From contig OZ024749.1 of assembly GCA_964016885.1 (NCBI GenBank), positions 14,446,001-14,510,000 of the forward strand: a DNA stretch of 64,000 bases. Direction: 5' to 3'. The translations under genes and the position numbers were made by a program. Below the pieces are notes generated by a model. The model saw only the letters and a list, made by a program, of their open reading frames with translations, was not told the origin of the DNA and did not search any database. Shown here piece by piece: positions 1 through 18,000 of the stretch. The DNA is from Eledone cirrhosa. Its lineage: Eukaryota. How positions within the stretch are numbered: the first letter of the stretch is position 1; each line of letters opens with the position of its first letter.

Positions 1-3000
1 CACAGATGTCCCACACATACTATGTGGCACAGGTCTTCCACACATACTATATGGCACAGGTGTCCCACACATACTATATGGCACAGGTCTTCCACACATA
101 CTATGTGGCACAGGTCTTCCACATATACTATATGGCACAGGTGTCCCACACATACTATATGGCACAGGTCTCCCACACATACAAATATGGCACAGGTCTC
201 CCACACATACTATATGGCACAGGTCTTCCACACATACTATGTGGCACAGGCCTTCCACATATACTATATGGCACAGGTGTCCCACACATACAATGTGGCA
301 CAGGTCTTCCACACATACTATATGGCACAGGTGTCCCAGACATACTATATGGCACAGGTCTTCCACACATACTATATGGCACATGTCTTCCACACATACT
401 ATATGGCACAGGTCTTCCACAGATACTATATGGCACAGGTCTTCCACACATACTATATGGCACAGGTCTGCCACACATACTATATGGCACAGGTCTGTCA
501 CACATACTATATGGCACAGGTCTTCCATACATACTATATGGCACAGGTCTTCCACACATACTATATGGCACAGGTCATCAACACATACTATATGGCACAG
601 GTCTACCACACATACTATATGGCACAGGTCTTCCACACATACTATATGGCACAGGTCTTCCACACATACTATATGGCACAGGTCTGCCACACATACTATA
701 TGGCACAGGTTTTCCACACATACTATATGGCACAGGTCTGCCACACATACTATATGGCACAGGTTTTCCACACATACTATATGGCACAGGTCTTCCACAC
801 ATACTATATGGCACAGGTCTTCCACACATACTATATGGCACAGGTCTTCCACACATACTATATGGCACAGGTCTTCCACACATACTATATGGCACAGGTC
901 TCCCACACATACTATATGGCACAGGTCTTCCACACATACTATATGGCACAGGTCTTCCACACATACTATATGGCACAGGTCTGTCACACATACTATATGG
1001 CACAGGTCTGTCACACATACTATATGGCACAGGTCTGTCACACATACTATATGGCACAGGCCTTCCACACATACTATATGGCACAGGTCTTTCACACATA
1101 CTATATGGCACAGGTCTGCCACACATACTATATGGCACAGGTCTTCCACACATACTATATGGCACAGGTCTTCCACACATACTATATGGCACAGGTCTGC
1201 CACACATACTATATGGCACAGGTCTCCCACACATACTATATGGCACAGGTGTGCCACACATACTATATGGCACATGTCTTCCACACATACTATATGGCAC
1301 ATGTCTTCCACACATACTATATGGCACAGGTCTGTCACACATACTATATGGCACAGGTTCTCCACACATACTATATGGCACAGGTCCTCCACACATACTA
1401 TATGGCACAGGTCTTCCACACATACTATATGGCACAGGTCTGTCACACATACTATATGGCACAGGTCTTCCACACATACTATATGGCACAGGTCTTCCAC
1501 ACATACTATATGGCACAGGTCTGCCACACATACTATATGGCACAGGTCTTCCACACATACTATATGGCACAGGTGTGTCACACATACTATATGGCACAGG
1601 TCTGCCACACATACTATATGGCACAGGTGTGTCACACATACTATATGGCACAGGTCTTCCACACATACTATATGGCACAGGTCTGTCACACATACTATAT
1701 GGCACAGGTCTGCCACACATACTATATGGCACAGGTCTGTCACACATACTATATGGCACAGGTCTGTCACACATACTATATGGCACAGGTCTCCCACACA
1801 TACTATATGGCACAGGTCTGCCACACATACTATATGGCACAGATGTGCCACACATACTATATGGCACAGGTCTGTCACACATACTATATGGCACAGGTCT
1901 GCCACACATACTATATGGGACAGGTCTGCCACACATACTATATGGCACAGGTCTGCCACACATACTATATGGCACAGGTCTGCCACACATACTATATGGC
2001 ACAGGTCTTCCACACATACTATATGGCACAGGTCTTCCACACATACTATATGGCACAGGTCTTCCACACATACTATATGGCACAGGTCTTCCACACATAC
2101 TATATGGCACAGGTCTGCCACACATACTATATGGCACAGGTCTTCCACACATACTATATGGCACAGGTCTGCCACACATACTATGTGGCACAGGTCTGTC
2201 ACACATACTATATGGCACAGGTCTGTCACACATACTATATGGCACAGGTCTGCCACACATACTATATGGCACAGGTGTGCCACACATACTATATGGCACA
2301 TGTGTGCCACACATACTATATGGCACAGGTCTTCCACACATACTATATGGCACAAGTGTACCACACATACTATATGGCACAGGTGTGCCACATATACTAT
2401 ATGGCACATGTCTCCCACACATACTATATGGCACAGGTCTTCCACACATACTATATGGCACATGTGTGCCACACATACTATATGGCACAGGTCTTCCACA
2501 CATACTATATGGCACAGGTCTTCCACACATACTAAATGGCACATGTCTTCCACACATACTATATGGCACAGGTCTTCCACATATACTATATGGCACAGGT
2601 CTTCCACACATACTATATGGCACAGCTCTGCCACACATACTATGTGGCACAGGTCTGTCACACATACTATATGGCACAGGTCTGTCACACATACTATATG
2701 GCACAGGTCTGCCACACATACTATATGGCACAGGTCTGCCACACATACTATATGGCACAGGTCTGTCACACATACTATATGGCACAGGTCTCCCACACAT
2801 ACTATATGGCACAGGTCTGCCACACATACTATATGGCACAGATGTGCCACACATACTATATGGCACAGGTCTGTCACACATACTATATGGCACAGGTCTG
2901 CCACACATACTATATGGGACAGGTCTGCCACACATACTATATGGCACAGGTCTGCCACACATACTATATGGCACAGGTCTCCCACACATACTATATGGCA

Positions 3001-6000
3001 CAGGTCTGCCACACATACTATATGGCACAGGTCTTCCACACATACTATATGGCACAGGTCTTCCACACATACTATATGGCACAGGTCTTCCACACATACT
3101 ATATGGGACAGATCTGTCACACATACTATATGGCACAGGTCTGCCACACATACTATATGGCACAGGTCTTCCACACATACTATATGGCACAGGTCTGCCA
3201 CACATACTATATGGCACAGGTGTGCCACACATACTATATGGCACATGTGTGCCACACATACTATATGGCACAGGTCTGCCACACATACTATATGGCACAA
3301 GTGTACCACACATACTATATGGCACAGGTGTGCCACATATACTATATGGCACATGTCTCCCACACATACTATATGGCACAGGTCTTCCACACATACTATA
3401 TGGCACATGTGTGCCACACATACTATATGGCACAGGTCTTCCACACATACTATATGGCACAGGTCTTCCACACATACTATATGGCACATGTCTTCCACAC
3501 ATACTATATGGCACAGGTCTTCCACATATACTATATGGCACAGGTCTTCCACACATACTATATGGCACAGGTCTGCCACACATACTATGTGGCACATGTC
3601 TGTCACATATACTATATGGCACAGGTCTTCCATACATACTATATGGCACAGGTCTGCCACACATACTATATGGCACAGGTCATCCACACATACTATATGG
3701 CACAGGTCTTCCACACATACTATATGGCACATGTCTTCCACACATAGTATATGGCACAGGTCTTCCACACATACTATATGGCACAGGTGTGTCACACATA
3801 CTATATGGCACAGGTCTGTCACACATACTATATTGCACAGGTGTTCCACACATACTATATGGCACAGGTCTTCCACACATACTATATGGCACAGGTCTTC
3901 CTCACATACTATATGGCACAGGTCTTCCACACTTACTATATGGCACAGGTGTACCACACATGCTATATGGCACAGGTTTCCACACATACTATATGGCACA
4001 GGTGTACCACACATACTATATGGCACAGGTCTTCCACACATACTATATGGCACAGGTGTACCACACATACTATATGGCACAGGTCTCCCACACATACTAT
4101 ATGGCACAGGTCATCCACACATACTATATGGCACAGGTGTACCACACATACTATATGGCACAGGTCTTCCACACATACTATATGGCACAGGTCTTCCACA
4201 CATACTATATGGCACAGGTCTTCCACACATACTATATGGCACAGGTCTGCCACACATACTATATGGCACAGGTCTTCCACACATACTATGTGGCACAGGT
4301 CTTCCACATATTCTATATGGCACAGGTGTCCCACACATACTATATGGCACAGGTCTTCCACACATACTATATGGCACAGGTCTGCCACACATACTATATG
4401 GCACAGGTCTTCCACACATACTATGTGGCACAGGTCTTCCACATATACTATATGGCACAGGTGTCCCACACATACTATGTGGCACAGGTCTTCCACACAT
4501 ACTATATGGCACAGGTGTCCCACACATACTATATGGCACAGGTGTCCCACACATACTATGTGGCACAGGTCTTCCACATATACTATATGGCACAGGTGTC
4601 CCACACATCCTATATGGCACAGGTCTTCCACACATACTATATGGCACGGGTCTCCCACACATACTATATGGCACAGGTCTTCCACACATACTATATGGCA
4701 CAGGTCTGCCACACATACTATGTGGCACAGGTCTGTCACACAAACTATATGGCACAGGTCTTCCACACATACTATATGGCACATGTGTTCCACATATACT
4801 ATATGGCACAGGCCTCCAACACATACTATATGGCACAGGTCTTCCACACATACTATATGGCACATGTGTTCCACATATACTATATGGCACAGGTCTGCCA
4901 CACATACTATGTGGCACAGGTCTGTCACACATACTATATGGCACAGGTCTCCCACACATACTATATGGCACATGTGTTCCACACATACTATATGGCACAG
5001 GTCTGCCACACATACTATATGGCACAGGTCTTCCACACATACTATATGGCACAGGTGTGCCACACATACTATATGGCACAGGTCTTCCAGACATACTATA
5101 TGGCACAGGTCTTCCACATATACTATATGGCACAGGTCTTCCACACATACTATATGGCACAGGTGTTCCACACATACTATATGGCACAGGTCTGCCACAC
5201 ATACTATATGGCACAGGTCTCTCACACATACTATATGGCACAGGTGTGCCACACATACTATATGGCACAGGTCTGCCACACATACTATATGGCACAGGTC
5301 TGCCACACATACTATATGGCACAGGACTGCCACACATACTATATGGCACAGGTCTGCCACACATACTATATGGCACAGGTCTGCCACACATACTATATCG
5401 CACAGGTCTTCCACACATACTATATGGCACAGGTGTGCCACACATACTATATGGCACAGGTCTTCCACACATACTATATGGCACAGGTCTTCCACACATA
5501 CTATATGGCACAGTTCTTCCACACATACTATATGGCACAGGTGTGTCACACATACTATATGGCACAGGTGTGTCACACATACTATATGGCAGAGGTGTGC
5601 CACACATACTATATAGCACAGGTCTCCCACACATACTATATGGCACAGGTCTTCCACACATACTATATGGCACAGTTCTTCCACACATACTATATGGCAC
5701 AGGTGTGTCACACATACTATATGGCACAGGTCTGTTACACATACTATATGGCACAGGTCTTCCACACATACTATATGGCACAGGTCATCCACACATACTA
5801 TATGGCACAGGTGTACCACACATACTATATGGCACAGGTCTTCCACACATACTATATGGCACGGGTCTTCCACACATACTATATGGCACATGTCTTCCAC
5901 ACTTACTATATGGCACAGGTGTTCCACACATACTATATGGCACAGGTCTTCCACACCTACTATATGGCACAGGTGTACCACACATACTATATGGCACAAG

Positions 6001-9000
6001 TCTGCCACACATACTATATGGCAGAGGTCTTCCACACATACTATATGGCACAGGTGTACCACACATACTATATGGCACAGGTCTCCCACACATACTATAT
6101 GGCACAGGTCATCCACACATACTATATGGCACAGGTGTACCACACATACTATATGGCACATTTCTTCCACACATACTATATGGCACAGGTCTTCCACACA
6201 TACTATATGGCACAGGTCTTCCACACTTACTATATGGCAGAGGTGTTCCACACATACTATATGGCACAGGTCTGCCACACATACTATATGGCACAGGTCT
6301 CTCACACATACTATATGGCACAGGTGTGCCACACATACTATATGGCACAGGTCTGCCACACATACTATATGGCACAGGTCTGCCACACATACTATATGGC
6401 ACAGGACTGCCACACATACTAAATGGCACAGGTCTTCCACACATACTATGTGGCACAGGTCTTCCACATATACTATATGGCACAGGTGTCCCACACTTAC
6501 TATATGGCACAGGTCTTCCACACATACTATATGGCACAGGTCTTCCACACATACTATATGGCACAGGTCTTCCACACATACTATATGGCACAGGTCATCC
6601 ACACTTACTATATGGCACAGGTGTCCCACACATACTATATGGCACAGGTCTTCCACACATACTATATGGCACAGGTGTACCACACATACTATATGGCACA
6701 GGTCTGCCACACATACTATATGGCAGAGGTCTTCCACACATACTATATGGCACAGGTGTACCACACATACTATATGGCACAGGTCTCCCACACATACTAT
6801 ATGGCACAGGTCATCCACACATACTATATGGCACAGGTGTACCACACATACTATATGGCACAGGTCTTCCACACATACTATATGGCACAGGTCTGCCACA
6901 CATACTATATGGCACAGGTCTTCCACACATACTATGTGGCACAGGTCTTCCACATATTCTATATGGCACAGGTGTCCCACACATACTATATGGCACAGGT
7001 CTTCCACACATACTATATGGCACAGGTCTTCCACACATACTATATGGCACAGGTCTTCCACACATACTATATGGCACAGTTCTTCCACACATACTATATG
7101 GCACAGGTGTGTCACACATAATATATGGCACAGGTGTGTCACACATACTATATGGCAGAGGTGTGCCACAGATACTATATGGCACAGGTCTGTCACACAT
7201 ACTATATGGCACAGGTCTGCCACACATACTATATGGCACGGGTCTTCCACACATACATTATGGCACAGGTCTCCCACACATACTATATGGCACAGGTCTT
7301 CCACACATAGTATATGGCACAGGTCTTCCACACATAGTATATGGCACAGGTCTTCCACACATACTATATGGCACAGGTGTACCACACATACTATATGGCA
7401 CAGGTCTTCCACACATACTATATGGCACAGGTGTGTCACACATACTATATGGCACAGGTCTTCCACACATACTATATGGCACAGGTCTTCCACACATACT
7501 ATATGGCACAGGTCTCCCACACATACTATATGGCACAGGTCTTCCACACATACTATGTGGCACAGGTCTTCCACATGTACTATATGGCACAGGTGTCCCA
7601 CACATACTATATGGCACAGGTCTTCCACACATACTATATGGCACAGGTCTTCCACACATACTATATGGCACAGGTCTTCCACACATACTATGTGGCACAG
7701 GTCTTCCACATATACTATATGACACAGATGTCCCACACATACTATGTGGCACAGGTCTTCCACACATACTATATGGCACAGGTGTCCCACACATACTATA
7801 TGGCACAGGTCTTCCACACATACTATGTGGCACAGGTCTTCCACATATACTATATGGCACAGGTGTCCCACACATACTATATGGCACAGGTCTCCCACAC
7901 ATACAAATATGGCACAGGTCTCCCACACATACTATATGGCACAGGTCTTCCACACATACTATGTGGCACAGGCCTTCCACATATACTATATGGCACAGGT
8001 GTCCCACACATACAATGTGGCACAGGTCTTCCACACATACTATATGGCACAGGTGTCCCAGACATACTATATGGCACAGGTCTTCCACACATACTATATG
8101 GCACATGTCTTCCACACATACTATATGGCACAGGTCTTCCACAGATACTATATGGCACAGGTCTTCCACACATACTATATGGCACAGGTCTGCCACACAT
8201 ACTATATGGCACAGGTCTGTCACACATACTATATGGCACAGGTCTTCCATACATACTATATGGCACAGGTCTTCCACACATACTATATGGCACAGGTCAT
8301 CAACACATACTATATGGCACAGGTCTACCACACATACTATATGGCACAGGTCTTCCACACATACTATATGGCACAGGTCTTCCACACATACTATATGGCA
8401 CAGGTCTGCCACACATACTATATGGCACAGGTTTTCCACACATACTATATGGCACAGGTCTGCCACACATACTATATGGCACAGGTTTTCCACACATACT
8501 ATATGGCACAGGTCTTCCACACATACTATATGGCACAGGTCTTCCACACATACTATATGGCACAGGTCTTCCACACATACTATATGGCACAGGTCTTCCA
8601 CACATACTATATGGCACAGGTCTCCCACACATACTATATGGCACAGGTCTTCCACACATACTATATGGCACAGGTCTTCCACACATACTATATGGCACAG
8701 GTCTGTCACACATACTATATGGCACAGGTCTGTCACACATACTATATGGCACAGGTCTGTCACACATACTATATGGCACAGGCCTTCCACACATACTATA
8801 TGGCACAGGTCTTTCACACATACTATATGGCACAGGTCTGCCACACATACTATATGGCACAGGTCTTCCACACATACTATATGGCACAGGTCTTCCACAC
8901 ATACTATATGGCACAGGTCTGCCACACATACTATATGGCACAGGTCTCCCACACATACTATATGGCACAGGTGTGCCACACATACTATATGGCACATGTC

Positions 9001-12000
9001 TTCCACACATACTATATGGCACATGTCTTCCACACATACTATATGGCACAGGTCTGTCACACATACTATATGGCACAGGTTCTCCACACATACTATATGG
9101 CACAGGTCCTCCACACATACTATATGGCACAGGTCTTCCACACATACTATATGGCACAGGTCTGTCACACATACTATATGGCACAGGTCTTCCACACATA
9201 CTATATGGCACAGGTCTTCCACACATACTATATGGCACAGGTCTGCCACACATACTATATGGCACAGGTCTTCCACACATACTATATGGCACAGGTGTGT
9301 CACACATACTATATGGCACAGGTCTGCCACACATACTATATGGCACAGGTGTGTCACACATACTATATGGCACAGGTCTTCCACACATACTATATGGCAC
9401 AGGTCTGTCACACATACTATATGGCACAGGTCTGCCACACATACTATATGGCACAGGTCTGTCACACATACTATATGGCACAGGTCTGTCACACATACTA
9501 TATGGCACAGGTCTCCCACACATACTATATGGCACAGGTCTGCCACACATACTATATGGCACAGATGTGCCACACATACTATATGGCACAGGTCTGTCAC
9601 ACATACTATATGGCACAGGTCTGCCACACATACTATATGGGACAGGTCTGCCACACATACTATATGGCACAGGTCTGCCACACATACTATATGGCACAGG
9701 TCTGCCACACATACTATATGGCACAGGTCTTCCACACATACTATATGGCACAGGTCTTCCACACATACTATATGGCACAGGTCTTCCACACATACTATAT
9801 GGCACAGGTCTTCCACACATACTATATGGCACAGGTCTGCCACACATACTATATGGCACAGGTCTTCCACACATACTATATGGCACAGGTCTGCCACACA
9901 TACTATGTGGCACAGGTCTGTCACACATACTATATGGCACAGGTCTGTCACACATACTATATGGCACAGGTCTGCCACACATACTATATGGCACAGGTGT
10001 GCCACACATACTATATGGCACATGTGTGCCACACATACTATATGGCACAGGTCTTCCACACATACTATATGGCACAAGTGTACCACACATACTATATGGC
10101 ACAGGTGTGCCACATATACTATATGGCACATGTCTCCCACACATACTATATGGCACAGGTCTTCCACACATACTATATGGCACATGTGTGCCACACATAC
10201 TATATGGCACAGGTCTTCCACACATACTATATGGCACAGGTCTTCCACACATACTAAATGGCACATGTCTTCCACACATACTATATGGCACAGGTCTTCC
10301 ACATATACTATATGGCACAGGTCTTCCACACATACTATATGGCACAGCTCTGCCACACATACTATGTGGCACAGGTCTGTCACACATACTATATGGCACA
10401 GGTCTGTCACACATACTATATGGCACAGGTCTGCCACACATACTATATGGCACAGGTCTGCCACACATACTATATGGCACAGGTCTGTCACACATACTAT
10501 ATGGCACAGGTCTCCCACACATACTATATGGCACAGGTCTGCCACACATACTATATGGCACAGATGTGCCACACATACTATATGGCACAGGTCTGTCACA
10601 CATACTATATGGCACAGGTCTGCCACACATACTATATGGGACAGGTCTGCCACACATACTATATGGCACAGGTCTGCCACACATACTATATGGCACAGGT
10701 CTCCCACACATACTATATGGCACAGGTCTGCCACACATACTATATGGCACAGGTCTTCCACACATACTATATGGCACAGGTCTTCCACACATACTATATG
10801 GCACAGGTCATCCACACATACTATATGGGACAGATCTGTCACACATACTATATGGCACAGGTCTGCCACACATACTATATGGCACAGGTCTTCCACACAT
10901 ACTATATGGCACAGGTCTGCCACACATACTATATGGCACAGGTGTGCCACACATACTATATGGCACATGTGTGCCACACATACTATATGGCACAGGTCTG
11001 CCACACATACTATATGGCACAAGTGTACCACACATACTATATGGCACAGGTGTGCCACATATACTATATGGCACATGTCTCCCACACATACTATATGGCA
11101 CAGGTCTTCCACACATACTATATGGCACATGTGTGCCACACATACTATATGGCACAGGTCTTCCACACATACTATATGGCACAGGTCTTCCACACATACT
11201 ATATGGCACATGTCTTCCACACATACTATATGGCACAGGTCTTCCACATATACTATATGGCACAGGTCTTCCACACATACTATATGGCACAGGTCTGCCA
11301 CACATACTATGTGGCACATGTCTGTCACATATACTATATGGCACAGGTCTTCCATACATACTATATGGCACAGGTCTGCCACACATACTATATGGCACAG
11401 GTCATCCACACATACTATATGGCACAGGTCTTCCACACATACTATATGGCACATGTCTTCCACACATAGTATATGGCACAGGTCTTCCACACATACTATA
11501 TGGCACAGGTGTGTCACACATACTATATGGCACAGGTCTGTCACACATACTATATTGCACAGGTGTTCCACACATACTATATGGCACAGGTCTTCCACAC
11601 ATACTATATGGCACAGGTCTTCCTCACATACTATATGGCACAGGTCTTCCACACTTACTATATGGCACAGGTGTACCACACATGCTATATGGCACAGGTT
11701 TCCACACATACTATATGGCACAGGTGTACCACACATACTATATGGCACAGGTCTTCCACACATACTATATGGCACAGGTGTACCACACATACTATATGGC
11801 ACAGGTCTCCCACACATACTATATGGCACAGGTCATCCACACATACTATATGGCACAGGTGTACCACACATACTATATGGCACAGGTCTTCCACACATAC
11901 TATATGGCACAGGTCTTCCACACATACTATATGGCACAGGTCTTCCACACATACTATATGGCACAGGTCTGCCACACATACTATATGGCACAGGTCTTCC

Positions 12001-15000
12001 ACACATACTATGTGGCACAGGTCTTCCACATATTCTATATGGCACAGGTGTCCCACACATACTATATGGCACAGGTCTTCCACACATACTATATGGCACA
12101 GGTCTGCCACACATACTATATGGCACAGGTCTTCCACACATACTATGTGGCACAGGTCTTCCACATATACTATATGGCACAGGTGTCCCACACATACTAT
12201 GTGGCACAGGTCTTCCACACATACTATATGGCACAGGTGTCCCACACATACTATATGGCACAGGTGTCCCACACATACTATGTGGCACAGGTCTTCCACA
12301 TATACTATATGGCACAGGTGTCCCACACATCCTATATGGCACAGGTCTTCCACACATACTATATGGCACGGGTCTCCCACACATACTATATGGCACAGGT
12401 CTTCCACACATACTATATGGCACAGGTCTGCCACACATACTATGTGGCACAGGTCTGTCACACAAACTATATGGCACAGGTCTTCCACACATACTATATG
12501 GCACATGTGTTCCACATATACTATATGGCACAGGCCTCCAACACATACTATATGGCACAGGTCTTCCACACATACTATATGGCACATGTGTTCCACATAT
12601 ACTATATGGCACAGGTCTGCCACACATACTATGTGGCACAGGTCTGTCACACATACTATATGGCACAGGTCTCCCACACATACTATATGGCACATGTGTT
12701 CCACACATACTATATGGCACAGGTCTGCCACACATACTATATGGCACAGGTCTTCCACACATACTATATGGCACAGGTGTGCCACACATACTATATGGCA
12801 CAGGTCTTCCACACATACTATATGGCACAGGTCTTCCACATATACTATATGGCACAGGTCTTCCACACATACTATATGGCACAGGTGTTCCACACATACT
12901 ATATGGCACAGGTCTGCCACACATACTATATGGCACAGGTCTCTCACACATACTATATGGCACAGGTGTGCCACACATACTATATGGCACAGGTCTGCCA
13001 CACATACTATATGGCACAGGTCTGCCACACATACTATATGGCACAGGACTGCCACACATACTATATGGCACAGGTCTGCCACACATACTATATGGCACAG
13101 GTCTGCCACACATACTATATCGCACAGGTCTTCCACACATACTATATGGCACAGGTGTGCCACACATACTATATGGCACAGGTCTTCCACACATACTATA
13201 TGGCACAGGTCTTCCACACATACTATATGGCACAGTTCTTCCACACATACTATATGGCACAGGTGTGTCACACATACTATATGGCACAGGTGTGTCACAC
13301 ATACTATATGGCAGAGGTGTGCCACACATACTATATAGCACAGGTCTCCCACACATACTATATGGCACAGGTCTTCCACACATACTATATGGCACAGTTC
13401 TTCCACACATACTATATGGCACAGGTGTGTCACACATACTATATGGCACAGGTCTGTTACACATACTATATGGCACAGGTCTTCCACACATACTATATGG
13501 CACAGGTCATCCACACATACTATATGGCACAGGTGTACCACACATACTATATGGCACAGGTCTTCCACACATACTATATGGCACGGGTCTTCCACACATA
13601 CTATATGGCACATGTCTTCCACACTTACTATATGGCACAGGTGTTCCACACATACTATATGGCACAGGTCTTCCACACCTACTATATGGCACAGGTGTAC
13701 CACACATACTATATGGCACAAGTCTGCCACACATACTATATGGCAGAGGTCTTCCACACATACTATATGGCACAGGTGTACCACACATACTATATGGCAC
13801 AGGTCTCCCACACATACTATATGGCACAGGTCATCCACACATACTATATGGCACAGGTGTACCACACATACTATATGGCACATTTCTTCCACACATACTA
13901 TATGGCACAGGTCTTCCACACATACTATATGGCACAGGTCTTCCACACTTACTATATGGCAGAGGTGTTCCACACATACTATATGGCACAGGTCTGCCAC
14001 ACATACTATATGGCACAGGTCTCTCACACATACTATATGGCACAGGTGTGCCACACATACTATATGGCACAGGTCTGCCACACATACTATATGGCACAGG
14101 TCTGCCACACATACTATATGGCACAGGACTGCCACACATACTAAATGGCACAGGTCTTCCACACATACTATGTGGCACAGGTCTTCCACATATACTATAT
14201 GGCACAGGTGTCCCACACTTACTATATGGCACAGGTCTTCCACACATACTATATGGCACAGGTCTTCCACACATACTATATGGCACAGGTCTTCCACACA
14301 TACTATATGGCACAGGTCATCCACACTTACTATATGGCACAGGTGTCCCACACATACTATATGGCACAGGTCTTCCACACATACTATATGGCACAGGTGT
14401 ACCACACATACTATATGGCACAGGTCTGCCACACATACTATATGGCAGAGGTCTTCCACACATACTATATGGCACAGGTGTACCACACATACTATATGGC
14501 ACAGGTCTCCCACACATACTATATGGCACAGGTCATCCACACATACTATATGGCACAGGTGTACCACACATACTATATGGCACAGGTCTTCCACACATAC
14601 TATATGGCACAGGTCTGCCACACATACTATATGGCACAGGTCTTCCACACATACTATGTGGCACAGGTCTTCCACATATTCTATATGGCACAGGTGTCCC
14701 ACACATACTATATGGCACAGGTCTTCCACACATACTATATGGCACAGGTCTGCCACACATACTATATGGCACAGGTCTTCCACACATACTATGTGGCACA
14801 GGTCTTCCACATATACTATATGGCACAGGTGTCCCACACATACTATGTGGCACAGGTCTTCCACACATACTATATGGCACAGGTGTCCCACACATACTAT
14901 ATGGCACAGGTCTTCCACACATACTATGTGGCACAGGTCTTCCACATATACTATATGGCACAGGTGTCCCACACATCCTATATGGCACAGGTCTTCCACA

Positions 15001-18000
15001 CATACTATATGGCACGGGTCTCCCACACATACTATATGGCACAGGTCTTCCACACATACTATATGGCACAGGTCTGCCACACATACTATGTGGCACAGGT
15101 CTGTCACACAAACTATATGGCACAGGTCTTCCACACATACTATATGGCACATGTGTTCCACATATACTATATGGCACAGGCCTCCAACACATACTATATG
15201 GCACAGGTGTTCCACACATACTATATGGCACATGTGTTCCACATATACTATATGGCACAGGTCTGCCACACATACTATGTGGCACAGGTCTGTCACACAT
15301 ACTATATGGCACAGGTCTCCCACACATACTATATGGCACATGTGTTCCACACATACTATATGGCACAGGTCTGCCACACATACTATATGGCACAGGTCTT
15401 CCACACATACTATATGGCACAGGTGTGCCACACATACTATATGGCACAGGTCTTCCACACATACTATATGGCACAGGTCTGCCACATATACTATATGGCA
15501 CAGGTCTTCCACACATACTATATGGCACAGGTGTTCCACACATACTATATGGCACAGGTCTGCCACACATACTATATGGCACAGGTCTCTCACACATACT
15601 ATATGGCACAGGTGTGCCACACATACTATATGGCACAGGTCTGCCACACATACTATATGGCACAGGTCTGCCACACATACTATATGGCACAGGACTGCCA
15701 CACATACTATATGGCACAGGTCTGCCACACATACTATATGGCACAGGTCTGCCACACATACTATATCGCACAGGTCTTCCACACATACTATATGGCACAG
15801 GTGTGCCACACATACTATATGGCACAGGTCTTCCACACATACTATATGGCACAGGTCTTCCACACATACTATATGGCACAGTTCTTCCACACATACTATA
15901 TGGCACAGGTGTGTCACACATACTATATGGCACAGGTGTGTCACACATACTATATGGCAGAGGTGTGCCACACATACTATATAGCACAGGTCTCCCACAC
16001 ATACTATATGGCACAGGTCTTCCACACATACTATATGGCACAGTTCTTCCACACATACTATATGGCACAGGTGTGTCACACATACTATATGGCACAGGTC
16101 TGTTACACATACTATATGGCACAGGTCTGCCACACATACTATATGGCACAGGTCTTCCACACATACTATATGGCACAGGTCTCCCACACATACTATATGG
16201 CACAGGTCTTCCACAGATACTATATGGCACAGGTCTGCCACACATACTATATGGCACAGGTCTTCCACACATACTATATGGCACAGGTCTCCCACACATA
16301 CTATATGGCACAGGTCTCCCACACATACTATATGGCACAGGTCATCCACACATACTATATGGCACAGGTGTACCACACATACTATATGGCACAGGTCTTC
16401 CACACATACTATATGGCACGGGTCTTCCACACATACTATATGGCACATGTCTTCCACACTTACTATATGGCACAGGTGTTCCACACATACTATATGGCAC
16501 AGGTCTTCCACACCTACTATATGGCACAGGTGTACCACACATACTATATGGCACAAGTCTGCCACACATACTATATGGCAGAGGTCTTCCACACATACTA
16601 TATGGCACAGGTGTACCACACATACTATATGGCACAGGTCTCCCACACATACTATATGGCACAGGTCATCCACACATACTATATGGCACAGGTGTACCAC
16701 ACATACTATATGGCACATTTCTTCCACACATACTATATGGCACAGGTCTTCCACACATACTATATGGCACAGGTCTTCCACACTTACTATATGGCACAGG
16801 TCTGCCACACATACTAAATGGCACAGGTCTTCCACACATACTATGTGGCACAGGTCTTCCACATATACTATATGGCACAGGTGTCCCACACATACTATAT
16901 GGCACAGGTCTTCCACACATACTATATGGCACAGGTCTTCCACACATACTATATGGCACAGGTCTTCCACACATACTATATGGCACAGGTCATCCACACT
17001 TACTATATGGCACAGGTGTCCCACACATACTATATGGCACAGGTCTTCCACACATACTATATGGCACAGGTGTACCACACATACTATATGGCACAGGTCT
17101 GCCACACATACTATATGGCAGAGGTCTTCCACACATACTATATGGCACAGGTGTACCACACATACTATATGGCACAGGTCTCCCACACATACTATATGGC
17201 ACAGGTCATCCACACATACTATATGGCACAGGTGTACCACACATACTATATGGCACAGGTCTTCCACACATACTATATGGCACAGGTCTTCCACACATAC
17301 TATATGGCACATGTCTTCCACACATATTATATGGCACAGGTCTGACACACATACTATATGGCACAGGTCTTCCACACATACTATGTGGCACAGGTCTTCC
17401 ACATATACTATATGGCACAGGTCTTCCACACATACTATATGGCACAGGTCTTCCACACATACTATATGGCACATGTCTCCCACACATACTATATGGCACA
17501 GGTCTTCCACACATACTATATGGCACATGTGTGCCACATATACTATATGGCACAGGTCTCCCACACATACTATATGGCACAGGTCTTCCACACATACTAT
17601 ATGGCACAGGTGTGCCACACATACTATATGGCACAGTCTTCCACACATACTATATGGCACAGGTCTTCCACACATACTATATGGCACAGGTCTTCCACTC
17701 ATACTATATGGCACAGGTGTGCCACACATACTATATGGCACAGGTGTCCCACACATACTATATGGCACAGGTCTGCCACATATACTATATGGCACAGGTC
17801 TTCCACACATACTATATGGCAAGGTCTTCCACACATACTATATGGCACATGTCTTCAACACATACTATATGGCACAGGTGTGCCACACATACTATTTGGC
17901 ACAGGTGTACCACATATACTATATGGCACAGGTGTACCACACATACTATATGGCACAGGAGTGCCACACATAATATATGGCACAGGTCTTCCACACATAC

